From: Raillietiella orientalis
Taxonomy: Eukaryota
Length of the DNA stretch: 64,000 nt
NCBI GenBank assembly: GCA_036172245.1
Contig: JAYWIR010000015.1
Span: forward strand, 62,001-126,000
Direction of reading: 5' to 3'
Shown here piece by piece: positions 38,138-53,330 of the stretch; position 1 is the stretch's first letter; each line of letters starts with the position of its first letter. Position numbers and translations under genes: made by a program. Under the pieces are notes generated by a model. That model was given only the letters and a program-made list of their open reading frames with translations. It was not told the origin of the DNA and made no database searches.

Positions 38138-41100
38138 TTTTAACATAACAGTTTTAACATTTTTAATTTTTCGAAAGAAAGCGAGTAAATTCCCCATTTG
38201 CATCATAGATCAGTTCTTTTTAATGTAAAATTTAAATGAAAGTTAGGAAGCACATTAAAACATCATCAAAACCTTCCTTTCTGAGCATTTCATTCTTAGA
38301 CTTTTAACAAAAAACATCAAATTTCAGAATGTGTAATGAAGAAAAAAAAGGGGGAATAAGAAGGTAAGAATCTTTTGATGCTCTGCAATAGGACCTAGGA
38401 ATTTGAGTGCCTTTCATCATTCAATGGTTTTACTTGCACTGTTTTGGTTGCTTTTGTATAAATGCATGTCTGCAAAAACTAACAAAACACGATGTATTTT
38501 TTTACGGTATTAAAAGATAAAACTGTGAACTAATGTTCGGAGGATTTGGATTCGGAGAAGATACGTAATTTTGCATACCTTTAATGACAAGTAATCAAAG
38601 ACAAGCCGGTGATATACTTATAAATAAGATTTTGGGGAAGAGAAAATGTACCTTAAATTGTTTTCCATGTAGACAAGAGTTGTGTCTGGATATCAGCGCT
38701 GTATACGTATGAGGTCACAAACCTTTCCTGTAATTGAAGGTCCATTTTAGAAATACAGCGACTTCGTTAGGAACAGAACGCAACATTGCAAACAACAACA
38801 AAAAAGAACATATATCATATGCTAGAAGGTGCATGGCAGTTAAATCTGCACTTTCAATTTGGTGGTCAACATACTAAAATTACTTACATAATTGCCAACC
38901 GAAACGGGATTCGACGTCTAACAGGAACGCAGCTTTCGCTCCAGTTATTCACTTTGAATACGACTGCTGGCTCAAGTTTTGCCAAGGTTTTGATTCCTTT
39001 AAAAATTAGATATTGTTAAAGAGTATTGATAAAGTGCACAAATCATGCGAGAACAAGAGTTCTGGAACAAAATTTGTTATTCCAGCTGCCGTACTGGAAA
39101 CATTTTCCCGTTTGCCGAATCGCTTTAGCAAGAACAACTTTAGATGAAGCATTCCAAAGGTTTCCTACATACGGAATTCGGGTTTACCGAAAATCTGCCA
39201 GCAGGATTCATGGTGCAAGATGGCAGCATCCAGATTCCCCATACTCCTTATAAGCAACAGCTGTAATTACCATTTCATATTTCTGCCATGGGATCCAGTT
39301 TCGAGGGTCCCGTTCTTGGTTAAACGTAAGGGATTAATAAAGTTCATCGGAAGTTTAATTGAAATTCTAATTTATGTGAGTTTCTGATATCAAATCAGTG
39401 AAAAAGAATTAAGATCTGAAGTCACTGTTTTGTTTTCCTTTTTTTTTTTTTTTTGAAGGCACTCATTCTGTAAAACATCATAGTAGGCAAATATTTTTTG
39501 GCAAGCAAACATGGTGTGCAGAATTGGGCGCAAGAATATTCGTTTTTATCTACAAAGTCACTTTTTGACTCATTTACGGTGGGCAATTTCAGCGTGCTAT
39601 TTCCAAATGCTAATAAGGTTTTCAACATCCTGAAGAATATAAAATTGTAAAATAGATAATAAAGTAAACTCAATGTAAAACTTCAAATTTACAAGCGAAG
39701 CGCACAATAATCAAGAAACTTGCATTGACGCAGCCAGTGTACTGCTCAAAAATAAGTCTGAGGTATAGCATCTTGTTTAGTTACTATGAACCCAAAGACA
39801 GAAGGAGCAGGGCAACAGTTTTCTCTTGAAACAGTGGTGTTGATAGGATATGGGGCTTGGAAAACGACAAGAAAAGTTTTAGAGCTGAAAACATATCGAC
39901 ATAATGAGATGGTTTGTTCGTTTCCAAGCATAATCTTTGTAACCAATTATTTGTGAAAATGATATCGGCTGGAAGACATATAATCACTCTGTCTACGTTG
40001 TCTCCGCAAATAAAACGAAAGCAGAGGGTTTTTTATTTTATTTTAATTAAAGCAAAGCAGATCTGAAATTATTCATGAATAGATTCGAGGAAATCCTGAA
40101 ATTTGTTGAGATTCGAATGTTCACTACATACATTTTGAAAGGAAGTATATTCCCTGCCCACGTCACATAAAGCAATGAATTATGAAGGGAGGTATTAAAG
40201 AGGAATTGGAAATCGAGAAATTTTAGTAAGATTAAATCACCAAAAAGAAATAGCTTAAGTAAACTTAGGTGCTCCAAGATGATGATGCTAGTTGTCAAAT
40301 AATCAATATATTTGTTTATACTTGTGAGAGTAATATCTTAAAATGAAGCCTTCTTCTATGAGCCTACGATTAATCAAGATATAAGTCATCAATTTATTTC
40401 ATTCCTATTCGAAGATAGTAAGAAGATAGCATGCTGTTCATCTTCCTACCATGATTATTCACAACATATCCTTTTCATTTTCGTTACAGTGCCTTTCACT
40501 TAGATGCAGCAGACACAAATGGAAATAATCAACGAAGGGTTAACGGTCTTTTACTGGTGATATCATGGCAATTTATGACTTGAAATCTGAATTCACCTTT
40601 CCTTGCTGACGAAAAAAATAAAGAATTCTTAAGGACATTCGGCTGAAGTTTCATGAAACGACAGGCATTTCATGGAATTTAGGTTATTTGATGACACTCA
40701 AACAGTGTTGCTTTCTACAACGTTTCGTTGCCAAGTTAACTAAATAACTCAGGAAATGTTATCAGTCATTTGGTTTTAAAGATGAATTTGGTTGGAATTT
40801 CAAAGGGTATGCAAAGAACAGTAGGGCTTTGAGGAATTGGATTTATCAATAGTAAAAAGAGGAGAGGGGATGAAAACTTCGAAAGTACATCTAAAATTCC
40901 CAGAAGAGTCTGAGAACATGGAAATCTTTTTATTTTAGTGCTCTCTTCACTACAGTGATTAGTGTTCCTAAGCAGCTACGATTTTTCTTATGGTTAGGAT
41001 CATTTATTAATCTGGTGAAAGAAGAAAGAATGGAAGGAAGGGAAATTGCTGAAGGAAAAATAGCATCCTGATTTTCAATAGATGAAACGAAATAGAAGAT

Positions 41101-41573
41101 CAATGATATTGGTATGATTAAGAGTTCATTGCTAGCGGTCGCAGTAACTCAAACCCCCAAAGATGCGTTTGTATTTTCAAATTTTCAATTAAAAAATCAG
41201 GTGAGAAGCTGTAATTTCAGGAGACGGCGTAGTGGATTAAAGTCACTTGCTAATCAGATATCAAATTTCCTTGGCGAATCAGTCGAGGAACTTTTGTTAA
41301 ATTCTTTACATTCTATCGTGGCGTGTCTTAGAATATCCGATGAATGCTTTCTTGAATTTACTAGAGGAAATTACGATAAATTGCTAAACGTACTTTTAAC
41401 GTTGAAAAAAGTGCTTGCTATGCTTTTTCTGTATCATGTATAGCTTTTTCCATGCATCATTCTTTTTTCTGTTCATAGGTCCTTACCTATGAATGTAAGA
41501 AAATATTTCCTCTAAAACCCTTTTAAAAAGCTCTTCGTCTCCAGTTCACTGAAGGATCCCTTGAGGAAAAAAA

Positions 41574-41649
41574 TATCAAAAGGATAGTTTGTCCTAAGTC
41601 TTGATCTGAAATAACAAATCAATACTTGGGACAAACTGTCTTTTTGATA
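41574..41649. repeat. 32-bp inverted repeat with 12-nt loop
   Basis: 28 Watson-Crick pairs, 3 G:T pairs and 1 mismatch, counted directly. Confidence 0.9.
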
Positions 41650-41849
41650 ATTTTTTGCCATCACAAATTAGGACTTCAGACAAAGTATCCTCCTGATAAC
41701 GTGATAACAAATCACAAATCAAGACTTACGGTATCACATCACGTAAAACAATAGCCCAGTTGCAGCTGATCATGGGCAGAAGACATAGATAGATCTCAGG
41801 CTATGAAGGAGAGTTTTTTTTTTGTTATTATTAAAAGAAGAGCATTATC

Positions 41850-42400
41850 AAAAGATGGCTTCTCTTTTACGGTAATAAAATGAAATTGCAGTCGTTCTTG
41901 AGATAAAGTGAACATTCAGTTCCATGATCAGTGCATCTCCATATTTACCGAATACTTCAACCAAGCCATTGATTTAGTTGGATGACGAAATCGTCAGTCA
42001 CCCTAACTTGCTGCAGATTTCTTGTTACATGGTGCCATTTTCATATCTCATGAAACTGGGGAGGGGGGAAGGGGAGTGAAACACCCAGAAAACAGTTTGA
42101 GATCGAAAGCAACTAAGAATACGAAACGATAGCTTACGAATTATTATTGAGAATGGAAAAGCATGGAAGAATACTGCAATCTCCAAATCCCAAACTGAGG
42201 ATGAATAATTCTCCGACTGTAGATTTTGACAGAATCAAAGATCACATCACCATGGGTCATTTCCTCTGATCTCCAGTTTGTGTATGCAAGCTTCTATCTC
42301 AGCTAATCTCTGAATGCTTGCCAAGGAACTTCACGATCTCCATACTTCCATGTTATCTGGAATCGCGAGATGCGGCGGGGAACTGATGATCCAATGCGGA
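41850..42400 (-). mobile_element. Possible highly decayed Penelope-like RT
   Basis: Eroded motifs in the expected order: VPRRIS, VIFDSVKIY, GVSLPFPPPV, RVTDDFVI, QFHFITVKE. Confidence 0.3.
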
Positions 42401-45400
42401 AAAAGTGCTTGATACTGAACTGTTGCGTGTTTCATGTCGACAAAACATAGAAGTACCTTAGACGTACTGAGAGTACATCATTACAGTAGCTTCAAACAAG
42501 GCTGGTGAAATCACAGTTTTTCGAATACGATTACGAAAACATTCACAAGGTTTCCGATCGATTTATCATCCATTGAATTCTTAAATGATTCTCCATTCAA
42601 CACAGAGGGGTGAGATATTTCCCAAAAGCGTTTCTCTGCTCGGCTTGAGGATCCGAACGAAAGCTTTCCGATTCTCCTTTCTCATTTTCACTTGATTCTG
42701 GTGAAGAGCTGCATAAACTGCATCTAATACGACTTATCGGAAATCCGAACAAAGTGGCTACAGGGAAACGGCATTCTACAGAGAATCTTCTCTAAATACA
42801 GAGCTCCCTAATAAATACTGTTAGTATGCTGAACAACGTCGCACTGCTCAAGCAGTCCCCGTTATCATTCTTCTGATTCGAAGATGGAATCTTCACAAAA
42901 TGCAAGTAGCAAGCTTGCAATTCTGAAGGGTGTGCTCTGGGTCGGTGCTTGTTCTCTGCATGCTCTGCTCATCCATGTTCTGAAAATACACCATGGAGGG
43001 CACAATTTTCTTTGACAAAAAGTACCAATCTAAAATCATAGAAAAGCGAAGCTGAATAGCCTAAGTTCCATCATTTTTGATCACCATTTCCCCTATCTTC
43101 TATTTGCTCTATAATTCGGCCAATTCGATTAATTAGATATGCGATTTTCGCAGAGATCCCGTTCTTGAATTTATCGGCATAGCCGAACTGTGTCTTCAAG
43201 AACATTTTTCCTAATTTCTGCAGCCATAACCCATTATGTGATATAGTGTGGAATGCCTTCAGAACGTGGGCCGAATAATGTGGAATCTTTTCCTTTTCTT
43301 TTCTTAATCTGCTGTGAAAAGGAAGAACTGCTCTTCTATTGGCTGATGCAGAAGCTGAATTAATGACATTTCCTATTATATAATATGAAGGCTATTTTTT
43401 TTTTTTCTTTTTTGGATGAAGGCTTTGATCTTTGCATCAATTTTTCAGCCATGCAGCAGCTTACTCGCGCTTTCAAGATAAGATTCTCGTTACGCAAGGG
43501 AGCTAATACTTAGCTTTTATCTTCATGTCAGACCTTTTATTTAGTAAATAGCAGCAACCTTGAGACTTCAGAAGCCATCTGAGCGAGCAACCCAAAGCAT
43601 CCCCTCTGTGCCATAGTGTTTTCTTTGAACAAAGACTAACTAAGGATGTAGCTACAGTGATTCTAATGTCTCGGGATGCAAGAAGTGAACGACAGTCGAA
43701 AGCTTGCAAGAAATCTGTCAATTTTGGCGTCTTCTAAAACGGGGGCTTCCACCGCCTTCCGAAAATCAAGCAGTGATTCGTATAGAATGACTCGCAGGTC
43801 TTTGGAGTTCTTAAGAACTGGATTTCGCTCACCAGTACAGCAAGCAGGTATCCAGGGTTGAGCTGCAGATTCACAAATCGCAGAATGTCATTCACACAAG
43901 GAGTGCAGATTGCAAACCAAGAGAGGGGCGGCTTTACTCCCTTGAGTTGAAATTCATTTGATGATTGAAATTTGCGCCGGAACATTTTCTCTACTTGTGC
44001 ATCGTGCACGTGCTTCTTTGCTCCCTTCTTACATCTTCCCCCGTTGTTTGGACGCATGAGTGGAGAGTGCAAAGCAGCTCCGTGCGGTTGCATCTGGAGG
44101 GGCTCAGAAAGCAGCAGCAGTCGCCGAAAACGGCTGTTACGGTAACGACTCTCGACTGCATTTGTTTAGTGCAACAGCTTTGTGCACAACAGTAAATGCA
44201 TCGGTGCCGTTGTTGCGCACACGGCCATTTTTTCCTATTTGTTTCTCCCAGGAAGTCTTGGCAGCTTCACAAGGAAGGAGGAAGTGGTAGACTTGAGCGG
44301 CGATGGGTTGAGTTTAATACTCCGCTTTGATGTTTGTAGGGATGGCCTTGATACTCGTAGGGACTGACCCTGAAAATGGGGCTTCAGTGTTCTCGAGGAT
44401 TCCTAACAAATACTCTGTTCTCATCCACGTGGATAGCTCACGTGGCAAATGAGCACACCCCCTTATGATCTTGAGTTTAGCACGTCATATCAAAAAACAA
44501 TGCACGGGTAGCTGACGTAATCAAATCAGCAACCAAAGGAACAGTACATGTCGGTTGTTTTTATCTGTTTCACTTGTTCGCAAGCTGCTAAAGAACATGT
44601 TTGCCATTTAGCAAACTGAGAATTGTTATATAGCCTTTTTACAGTGAGTTTTCTTTTGTCTTAGGACTAACCTATGAGGTAGTGAAGCCCTGTTTTTTGA
44701 GTAGCCTTACGTAGTGGATCCTCTAGGATTTCTCAAAGATCGGTGGATTGCTTTCCTGACACAGAGAAGGTAGCTGTTTTAATCCTTAAAGCTACAAATT
44801 TTTTAAATTGGATCGAGAAGACCAAAGGGGACTGATTGATGGCAAGCTCGCCAGGAAAGGCAACCCCCAAATAAGAATGAGGAAGATGCATTCAAGAGGC
44901 TCCTCTTTATAATCGGATCAGACTGTCGTTTTTGTTCCGAACTGAAGGTGATGGCCCGTTTTATATCCCTCATTCAAACATGTCATCCCTCCCTCGCTGT
45001 AGATAATGCCTTCGTAAAAGCTCATGCTAGGAGTATGTTCTATATCTAAAGATTCTTTCCCACAAGGTTTCCTGATGAACTGTGTTCTTTAGCGATTGCT
45101 GCAGAAGTGAAACATCCTTGTGAAGACGAGAAATCTATTTCCTACTTCTCATAAAGCCATCTTCAAATGGCTCAAATCCGGGAAAACGCGCTTCTGCCCA
45201 CCAAGTACTCAACAGGTATTTGTAATTCGTAGAGCTCCTGTACAGATATTTTAATGGATTATCTTCCAGAGAATGCTCGTAAAGTAGAATAGAAAAGCGA
45301 AGCAGCGAGTGCCTTTCAAGAGGTGCGTCTGAATGCTGAGATTTGGTGCTAAGCTCCTAATGTCGTGAGATTAAGGATTGGGAAGAGACTGAGGTAAAGC

Positions 45401-48149
45401 AATGGATGAAGACTCGTTTCCGAACGGCTGAGATGTTGACAGGGCACAGATTAGTTGGTTATTATCATGCGAATAGGTTTCCTTATGGTAAAAGCTATTC
45501 ACATATTTTTTTTTTCCTGGTCCTACGCTGACACTTGAGCTGCACATTAACATTAATCAGTCTACCATCCATGTTAAAACTTTTCGTCCATTTCCCTTCT
45601 GAGAATGCTTTACGTTGAGTAAGACCTTTTTTCCTGATTCAAATCTGCATGCACACAGCATGCGGATGCCCTCTTCCTTTATTGCTATACTCTCGTAAAC
45701 TATCTGGATTAGCACGCAGACCATACAGACAGACATCATACAGATATTCTTCAGTTCATGCGTACTTGATGTTCCTGGGATATTTATCAGTCATCCGTTT
45801 TGTTAAAAAGTCTTGAAAGAACAGCGTTCAACATTGAAAGTCAAGGCACGGAAATGTGGTCATGAAGGCAATGTGACTCGTGGGAAGTATCTGTGAAGAA
45901 TATTTAACGGGCATTGCTGAATAATAATATTGGAGATTATTATGACATGCTTATTTCTCACTTCTACTATTCGACCAGCGGATTCTAGGGAAATGCTCTT
46001 TTGTAAAAGAATAAACAGACTCAATTGCTGGAAAAATGTGCGACTTCCATATACAGTCTTTTCCTTAGAAGGGACCGTAAAAATTCTCACTCGGTGTCTC
46101 TTATTTGGACCAGCAGTGGAAAATTCTGTTTTGAAGTACAGAACGGTGATCTATGTGATGCACGAATCTACACGTCCTCCATCTGTTTACAAAAAATATT
46201 TGTTTTCACGATGCAAAACTGTTCCATCATTGAGATTCATCTTGGGAGGCTGCCACGAGACAGTTTTTGCAGCCTTTGCGTGATGTGGATGAAATCAGAA
46301 TATCGAATTATTATGCGGAGTTACTGCTTTTGTGTTCTGCTTGCTCCAGGCAATTATGCACGGTGTCCGAATACGGGTCTTCTCAAGACCTGCTGGATGA
46401 ACTTTGAAATTCCTTCAGCGATTTGCTTGATTTCGGTCGAATGGTCGGATCACTAGAAACTTATCCTTCCAAGGGAAGTCCCGTCTGTTTTTTAAGCGTC
46501 TATTTCTATTTCCACTGTTAATCCTTTGCATGTCACTTGGGTTTTGTGACTATCTCTGAGGACAGTTGACAGATGAATCGCATGTGTTTCCGACTTCCTG
46601 TCTTTCGTGATCGGCATATGTGAAAATAAGTTTTTTTTCTTCCTATTTGATTTTACATTTGTTGGCTTGTCTTGAGAGTCGGCACTCCACAAACGTCTCT
46701 TGCAATATTAGCGTCTGCGTTTGGCATGCACACTTAGCAGGAAGGAAGAACTAATTCCTGTGTTCAACTAAGCCCAGTGTTTTGGAGTAATTTGGGGAAA
46801 TAATTAAATGAATGTTAGACTGCAGATAGCATCTTGGTTATGTTGCTGTTGAATGCGGAATTCGAAAAGTTACCCAGCTCACAAATTACTGTTACATCAT
46901 GGGTCGCCAATGTGATGAGGATCATCGATTCGTGGACTATCTGTTTATTCACTATCAATATGGATGGGATGGGGGGGACTTTGGCTCTTTCACTGCTGCA
47001 CTTTCGGCCTCGAATCGAAACTGTGCTGATAGTGCACGTTCCGACCATTGAGGAACTTCCATGCCCTGGACTTTCTAATGTTGAGCGAATCACTTTCCCA
47101 ATCACTGAATTGCAGGCGCTCAATCTGAACAAAGCCTGAAATTATAAGTTGCACAGGCTTCCGGCTCGTGCTATTCTCTTGGTATGCCTTTGCACGTGCT
47201 AATATAATTTATTAGCAACTTTCTGTGATTACAAAAGCTGCCTTGGAATGCTTTCTGAAAAGTTTCTGCTGGTAACTTAAGCAGAATTGTTTTCGTTGAT
47301 AATCTCATATTGGATTACATGAATTACTTAATGAATTTATCTCTGTTGTGTAGAAATGCTTCTTTCCTAAAGTTGACAAATGAAAAAAAAAAAAAAAAAA
47401 CCTTGGCACACATTTTGTGCATCGTACCATGATTCCTTGCTTCTAAACTTGTGAATGCATATTTCGTTGAGTTGTGATAAGAAAATCTTGGTGATTAGTT
47501 TACAGTATTGTGCATTCTAAGGCCAAAAGGTCTTATGGGCTTAGTAATATTTCGGTTATCATTTCGGGTTACTATCTTCCTCGAGAATTTGAATAAGAAA
47601 TCGTATCCCGTTCTAATTCGATACCGGCAAAAACTTACAGGAAAATTTTTTTGAAAATCAAAGTCTTCCAGTTTTCATTGCACAGGAAGTTGCAGAGACG
47701 CGACGAATACGAGGATGAAATCTTTCTTCAATTATGGCAAGTTTTTCCGTGCGGCGTCGAACGGCTGTTTACAGGAACACAGTGCGGAAGACACATTTGC
47801 TCCAGTGCCTCCTTTAGAAGAGAAGGGTCCAATCTTTGTACTGTATCAGCGCATCAGATTTCAAAAGCAACATTTCTGTAAGCTGAATCGCAGCTCGGCG
47901 AAATTTTGCAGTTGGGAAGTTTTACTACTATCCGAAGTCCACTTCCAAATCCAAACTTACTTGCAAAGTCATTGATTCTAACGAATATTCAGTGCACTGA
48001 TTTGCAATACTTAGTGTGCTTTGCTTAAGTATTTGAGTTCACTTTGTGAAAATTCCTCCTTTCTAACGTAACTGGTTGAATTTGCATTTACTTCCTAGGA
48101 GATGGATGTTTTCTGTGACCCAATAATGAATGGGCCCATTTTATTATGG

Positions 48150-50900
48150 CTTAGTTAACCTCTAGGAGTTTTCTTTTTGCTCTTTTTTTGCAATTTCCTT
48201 CTTCCAAGACATCAAAAGCTGAATCCATAGTCTGGGAAGCAGCTTTTCCACTGTTTTTCTTGTTGTCACTGGAATTTCCGTTTGCTTGTCAAAGTTGTCT
48301 TGGAATTCCTTCACGTTGGATTCCCTTCGGTATCTTTTTTTCATTAGTGTAATCACCATCCCCATTACTCTAACGGAGAACACGCATTCCTCCTTGTATG
48401 AAGTTCAGATAATCGCGAAAGGAAGTGAACAAATCTTTCCCTACCACTCACATCTCTCTACTAATTCTAAGCATTTGACTCGTGACTTGTTACTTAAGAC
48501 GCTATCTCTCATGAAGTACGGATTTTTCAGAGTTTGAAGCACGTTTCCCAGACCTTCTGGTCGATTTTCTAGATACTTGGTTTTTTCTAGGAAACTTCGT
48601 GGTTCATGAATTCACGTCATATCATCTCCAAATATGATGTTTGATATCTGCAATTTACACTTTTTTTGCTCCGCGAGTCGAAAATGCTGTCGGAACATCA
48701 ATTTTTAGTTGACGTTTGCAGCCGGCAGATGTAAAGCAGTGGCTGCTTCACTTCCCATCACGCGAGAGACCGTGGGCTCGGAGCACGGAAAAAGTGACAA
48801 ACGCATACGAAGAGAAATCCTTTCTTCAGACAGTTTTTCAAAACCTATGGAGATTCGGCTCCACATTGATCGTGCATCGAAGTGATGCCGCATGAATGCT
48901 GATGCATCTTTCAGTTGTTCCTGATGATCTTTATCAGCGTTTCTTATTCTTTCGTTCGAAGGAGCGACAATCGTAAGAGATAAGAGGAGAAAAGAATTAT
49001 CATCCATGAGGATCCAGGATTCCACCCATCCCGACACTTGGGTTCGAGAGAAATTTCGAGTTTGTCAAAAACAGTCTTTCAGTTAATCATCTCACGTGGA
49101 ATTTTTCGCTTCCACTTGAAATCAAATCCATGGAACTTCGGGATGCTTTTTTTGGCATCTATGCCTTGAAGAGTCCTCATTTCGAGAAGATTCCAAAGTT
49201 TTCCTGATTTAGATTGATAAAGTTGCTCCATAGTTCTTGAAGACTTTATGGTCTGCGTGTGAGTTTCATGCATCTCCGGAAACTTTTCTTCTTCTCCTAT
49301 CCTAGAAACTCACTAGATTCTGCAAAATTCGGAACCATCTTTTCCTTATCCATCTTTTTTTTCTTTTTGCCTTGTCATTCTCTTCAGATCTCATAGGAAG
49401 CAAGCACCGAATTTTCTACGTGTTCCATTTCTCCTCTTCCTGGATCCACGACCACATTCCTCTAGGGACGAAGAAAGGAACACATATGAGGAGTGTTCAG
49501 CAGCTAAGGGTAGCTGAAGAAAGATCACAAAACCCGTAGTACTGCTCTAGATGCCCTCTTGCTCGTTTCGCAAACCTGCAGTGAGCTCACTTGCTCAAGA
49601 ATTCATCGAAGTAGGCTCGATAAAAGCATCGGGAATGCTTCTAGGAAAACGCCCAATCTATCCACCGTTCGTTGGCCGTTGCCAGGAAATAGAAGGGATG
49701 CTCGGTCGAAGTCGGTTCCTCTTTTCGTTCTATGGCTGAAGAGCAGACTTTGACAGGCATTCCCTCGCGACAGGGAAAGCATGCCGTTCCCGAAAAAGCT
49801 CAAATAGGAAAAGAGATAAAAGCAAAGCACTTCAAGTCCGACCGAGAAACAATGCGGGTCTTAAGAGTCGGAGGTTCAAAGAGTAACGGAAAAATCCAAA
49901 GGTAGCCGGCGGCGACAGAGAGCGGAAGGAGAGGAGGTATGCGTTTACTCGGCGGTGTTTACGCGAACCGCAAGAGAACGCCGCACCATACAGGCAACAC
50001 GTATTTGTGAGCTTCATTCGCGGCATGGTGATGTGCAGATATTCCATAGGGCACCGGAGGAGAAATGTAGGCATTCTCCGGGTATGCAGAGGACTGCCGC
50101 GAGCAGCAGGCTAATCGGCATATCTGAAGGGACCTCAGATCTCGGAATCCACGGAGACTCCTCCTCACCTTCTCCTAGAGCAGGATTTCTGGATGGCAAT
50201 CAGATGACTCCCTGACCTGCTAGATTAAGGAATCACATTGTGAGTTGTTATCTTTTTTCTTATAAATCAGCGTCCAGGCGCAACCGGGAATGGATACCAT
50301 CCAGCGAAGAAAGACCATGGGCCATGCGTACCGGAAAACTTGAAACTGCACCTCCAAAGGGAGGGTAGTGCAAATCATCATTCATGGATTTAGCGAGGGA
50401 GATGTCACGGCCACTGGGCTTTTTTTGTGCGCCGCAACACCAAGGCACGCCGAATTCGAATCGAAACAGAACGTTTCCTGTCTGACAGACTGCCACTCTG
50501 TCGGAATCCCACCTCTCTCCATCAAAACACAACCAGTCAAGAGTTAGCCTTCTTCGTGATTTATGCGGTCTACCGGGAGAAACGAGAGTTGACCAGGAGC
50601 GGGACGTCTCACTTGTTGAAATCCATCTGTTCCAGCCAGGAGATTTCGAAGCAGGGTTGTGGGAGCTTTGGCACGGTTCGTTCCTCATTAGGATATCGCC
50701 GCCCTTTTGCGATCAGGGGGGCACACCCATGGACACCGAGGGACGCGTCCGTTCGATGCGGCTTGAGTGATCGTAAGTCAAGAAATGCGCTGAGAAAGAG
50801 AGAGAGGAAGAGAGAACATGCGCTTCCGTGTGCTGGCAATGCTTGTTCCCTTGGCCTCACTAGGGGACATCTCGAGGAAAACTGGAGAAGTTCCCCGGAA
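48150..50900. mobile_element. Highly decayed L1-like debris on both strands
   Basis: (-) MHETH..TMEQ resembles the copy A QETH region near 49270; (+) LWELWHG..EHAL resembles an L1 C-terminal zinc region near 50660-50825. Confidence 0.35.
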
Positions 50901-52419
50901 GATCCATCAGGATTTTCGAATCCCTATCTCCTGCTTTCCCATTGTACCGATCGAGATCAACTCCGGCGAAGCAGAGATGTGCCCGTTCGAAAACACAAGT
51001 CATCTGAAGGGGAAGCTTGAATTTTGAAGCTTCCCCCATCTAAACCCGATCGATATTTTCATTTTTCACCACGATGAACGAAGACAGCAAGGACGAAAGT
51101 TCCAGAACTGTGCTCTTTTCATAGGTCTATGAATTCTGAAATTCATTTTCCCCAACGTCTCTTCGATCACTGAGAGCTCTGAAGACTTTTCTGTTGTCAC
51201 TTCACCGTAGGCTGGTGCCTAAAAATTTGTTTCGGCAGGATGATTTCTTGGAGTCCTTTCAAATCGGTGTGTTCCTCAAGCTGCGCCATTGGGGACAACG
51301 CACCAGCTTTGCTCGGCATACGCGATTTAGCAGTGGTGTTCCTCGTGACTATCCAGAACGGGAAGCCTCGCTCCGTCTTCCTTGAAATTAGTTTCTTACT
51401 ACTCCGTTCCTTACTCAGTCTCGTGCCTTTCGGATGCACCTTTCGTTCCCGTTCGCGGATGGGTCTCTTTTCTGCGCTCGCTCTTCTTGGTTCCCTGGCT
51501 TCCTCTTGTGGCCTCTTGTTAGGCGATGAGGGAGATGTGCGCGCAGGTTCGGAAGCAAAATCCCCAGTGATTGAGATCCATGATCTTAAAGACCGGTGTC
51601 TGCCTCCTCTCCTCTTTCTGCCTGCCCCACTACGTCTGAAGAGGTTCAAAATTTATGGCTACAATCCTCCTGCATTTCAAGTAGATAGAGCTTCTATGTT
51701 AGCGGGGTATTCAATCCTGTGAGGTAGCTTTGTAAAACAAGAATAAGGGAGCAGGCCATTTACACGTGGTAATCGCTGATTGTCAGGAAGGCATGGGAGT
51801 AAGGCATTTTCTTCCACCAACTTTTTCCATTCCTGAGAGATTTACTGGCGATCAAAAACAAGAACTGGGTGATAGTGAACGTGACGGAGCACGCCCATGT
51901 CTTGTCTCCCAAAAACCGTAGCTCCCCATGCGAAGTTTCCCTGTCACGAAAAGTTATCGGGATACCCGTGCCTGAAAACTCCCACCAATCGAGATCTTGC
52001 TCTCGGAAGTTTCCAGCTGCTCGCGCGGACATCATGAGTGTCTCCTGTGCATCGGTCGAGTCCTCCGCTTCGCGAAGTCCAAGCACAGAGTGGGCCACCT
52101 ATCCAAACCAAGCCCATCCTTTCAGTGGATTCGTTCCCAAGACTAGGAGAGTAAAGCAGTCAGGCTAAGCAGATGGTGGAGATAACGCCCATTCTTCCAG
52201 CTGCTCGCACCTTTCACAGATCATGCTCCAGAATCTTAAAGTGAATAACATCACCGGCATCCGAAAGGAATCCGTGCAACAGAAATCGAAATTACATCCC
52301 CACCAAAAGCTCCCCCCTCCCCCTTTAAAAAAAAAAAGAAAAGAAGAAGAAAAAAAAATGGTGCTCTGAAAGAAAGCGTAGACAAAGTTTCCATAGAGAT
52401 ATGAGCATATTTTATCACG

Positions 52420-53330
52420 CGATTCTATCAGCCGTGGAGTCTTTTTTTTAAAAAAAACAATAAACACATATTGGTGGTAGGGCATTTAGTCCTACTACAT
52501 TTAAAGAACATGGAACCTGCCGAGATGCCGGCGAGGTCCACCCCGTCGACGAAAGGGAGGGGATAAACAACAACAACAACATAAACAAGAAATAAATGGA
52601 ATAAATACTTTTGGAGGGGTTTAAAAAGAGATGACAGCTCTTTTCCAAGCGTCACCTCTTCCATCCTTTCAAGGATGTTGGCAAGTTTCATCCGTACACT
52701 GCCCAGGTATGGCTATCTCGTGACGATCATCAGGAAGACTTTCTTCCAGTGGATGGTGCACCTTCTATTTTGACCTATTCTTGCAGCGTTCCTAAGCGCC
52801 ACTATCCCACCCCTAAGAAAGCAAACAGTTTCTAGTAACGCGGCTGGCTGTAGTGCAGCACTCACGAAGAGGCGTTTCATGATTTCCCTGGGTCTGCTCG
52901 CTGGGATCCGTAAAGCCGTCGCAAGACGTTCCCAAAGGGACCAGAGGGCAACACAGTCCACAAGCAGACGCGGGAGGATTTCTCTTCCCCCTCATCTGCG
53001 GCACCTCGGGTCTGTACTCTCCCTGGTCCAATGGTGTGGGCGTGCTTTGCATGGAAATCAGCAACGCCGACTCCCGCCATTCTGAGGGGAAGGTAAAGCT
53101 CGAAAATTGCTGGAAGCTGCAGATCTTCCAAGAAATGTGTAGCAGTTTGTGTCCAGAGAAGCGGTTCTTTGAATCGAACACTGGAGAAATAAGCAGATTT
53201 GAGCACGCAGCGACTTGAATTCGGAAGCTTGAAAGAAGTCCAGGCTTCTGGTCCGTGAGCCTTGAACCACGTGTTTGCACGGATGCGAGATATCTCTCTT
53301 CTGATAGTGGAGAACACGCGGTCAGATCAG
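52420..53330 (-). mobile_element. 5'-truncated D-like copy J with 3' UTR
   Basis: DCVALWSLWERL and RMKLANILERM; UTR aligns with copy F (gaacctgccgag, gtaggg.cat..cctac). Confidence 0.82.

Noticed and set aside
44424..44520. Cluster of CACGTG/TGACGT motifs
   Set aside because: Short motifs with no associated gene identified.
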